Positions 63,964 through 64,000 of a stretch of 64,000 nt of DNA are shown one piece after another (the first letter of the stretch is position 1; each line of letters begins with the position of its first letter). Source of the DNA: Octopus sinensis. Lineage: Eukaryota. The stretch spans positions 177,444,001 through 177,508,000 of the forward strand of contig NC_042998.1 in NCBI RefSeq assembly GCF_006345805.1. The letters are read 5' to 3'. A program made the position numbers and the translations under genes. Under the pieces are notes generated by a model that was not told where the DNA came from, did no database searches, and saw nothing but the letters and a program-made list of their open reading frames with translations.

Positions 63964-64000
63964 TGATTGATGTATACCAAGAATGGGCTGGTCCCTGTTC
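63964..64000 (+). CDS. NME8: NME8/NME9-like second coding exon (V-IDVYQEWAGPCS...), truncated by the window edge
   Basis: Acceptor ccttccag; G|TG completes Val in phase with exon 59288-59378; thioredoxin context DVYQEW-x-GPC. Confidence 0.88.

Overview
AT-rich animal genomic DNA. The SINE set, GAT/TAA tails and long (TA)n/(CA)n tracts point to an octopod cephalopod (inference; no database search was run). Three protein-coding loci are supported: (1) an unidentified minus-strand gene with two spliceable coding exons (12576-12376 and 6746-6629) running off the left edge; (2) a single-exon NAT8/camello-type membrane GNAT acetyltransferase (40066-39377) with a TATA box; (3) the first two coding exons of an NME8/NME9 (TXNDC3-like) thioredoxin-NDP-kinase gene (59288-59378 and 63964 to the edge), whose thioredoxin motif reads WAGPC rather than WCGPC. 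The rest is mostly mobile DNA: RTE, CR1 and R4/Dong-like LINE fragments, a Penelope-like GIY-YIG fragment, mariner, hAT and Helitron-like remnants, several SINE families and four fold-back elements. The most unusual signal is five hammerhead-ribozyme motifs in Penelope-type terminal repeats. Two of them sit at the outer ends of a ~3.8-kb fold-back (1.1-kb inverted arms) that encloses a 143-bp tandem array derived from its own arm. All ribozyme calls are manual base-pairing, not covariance-model hits, and many TE boundaries are approximate.
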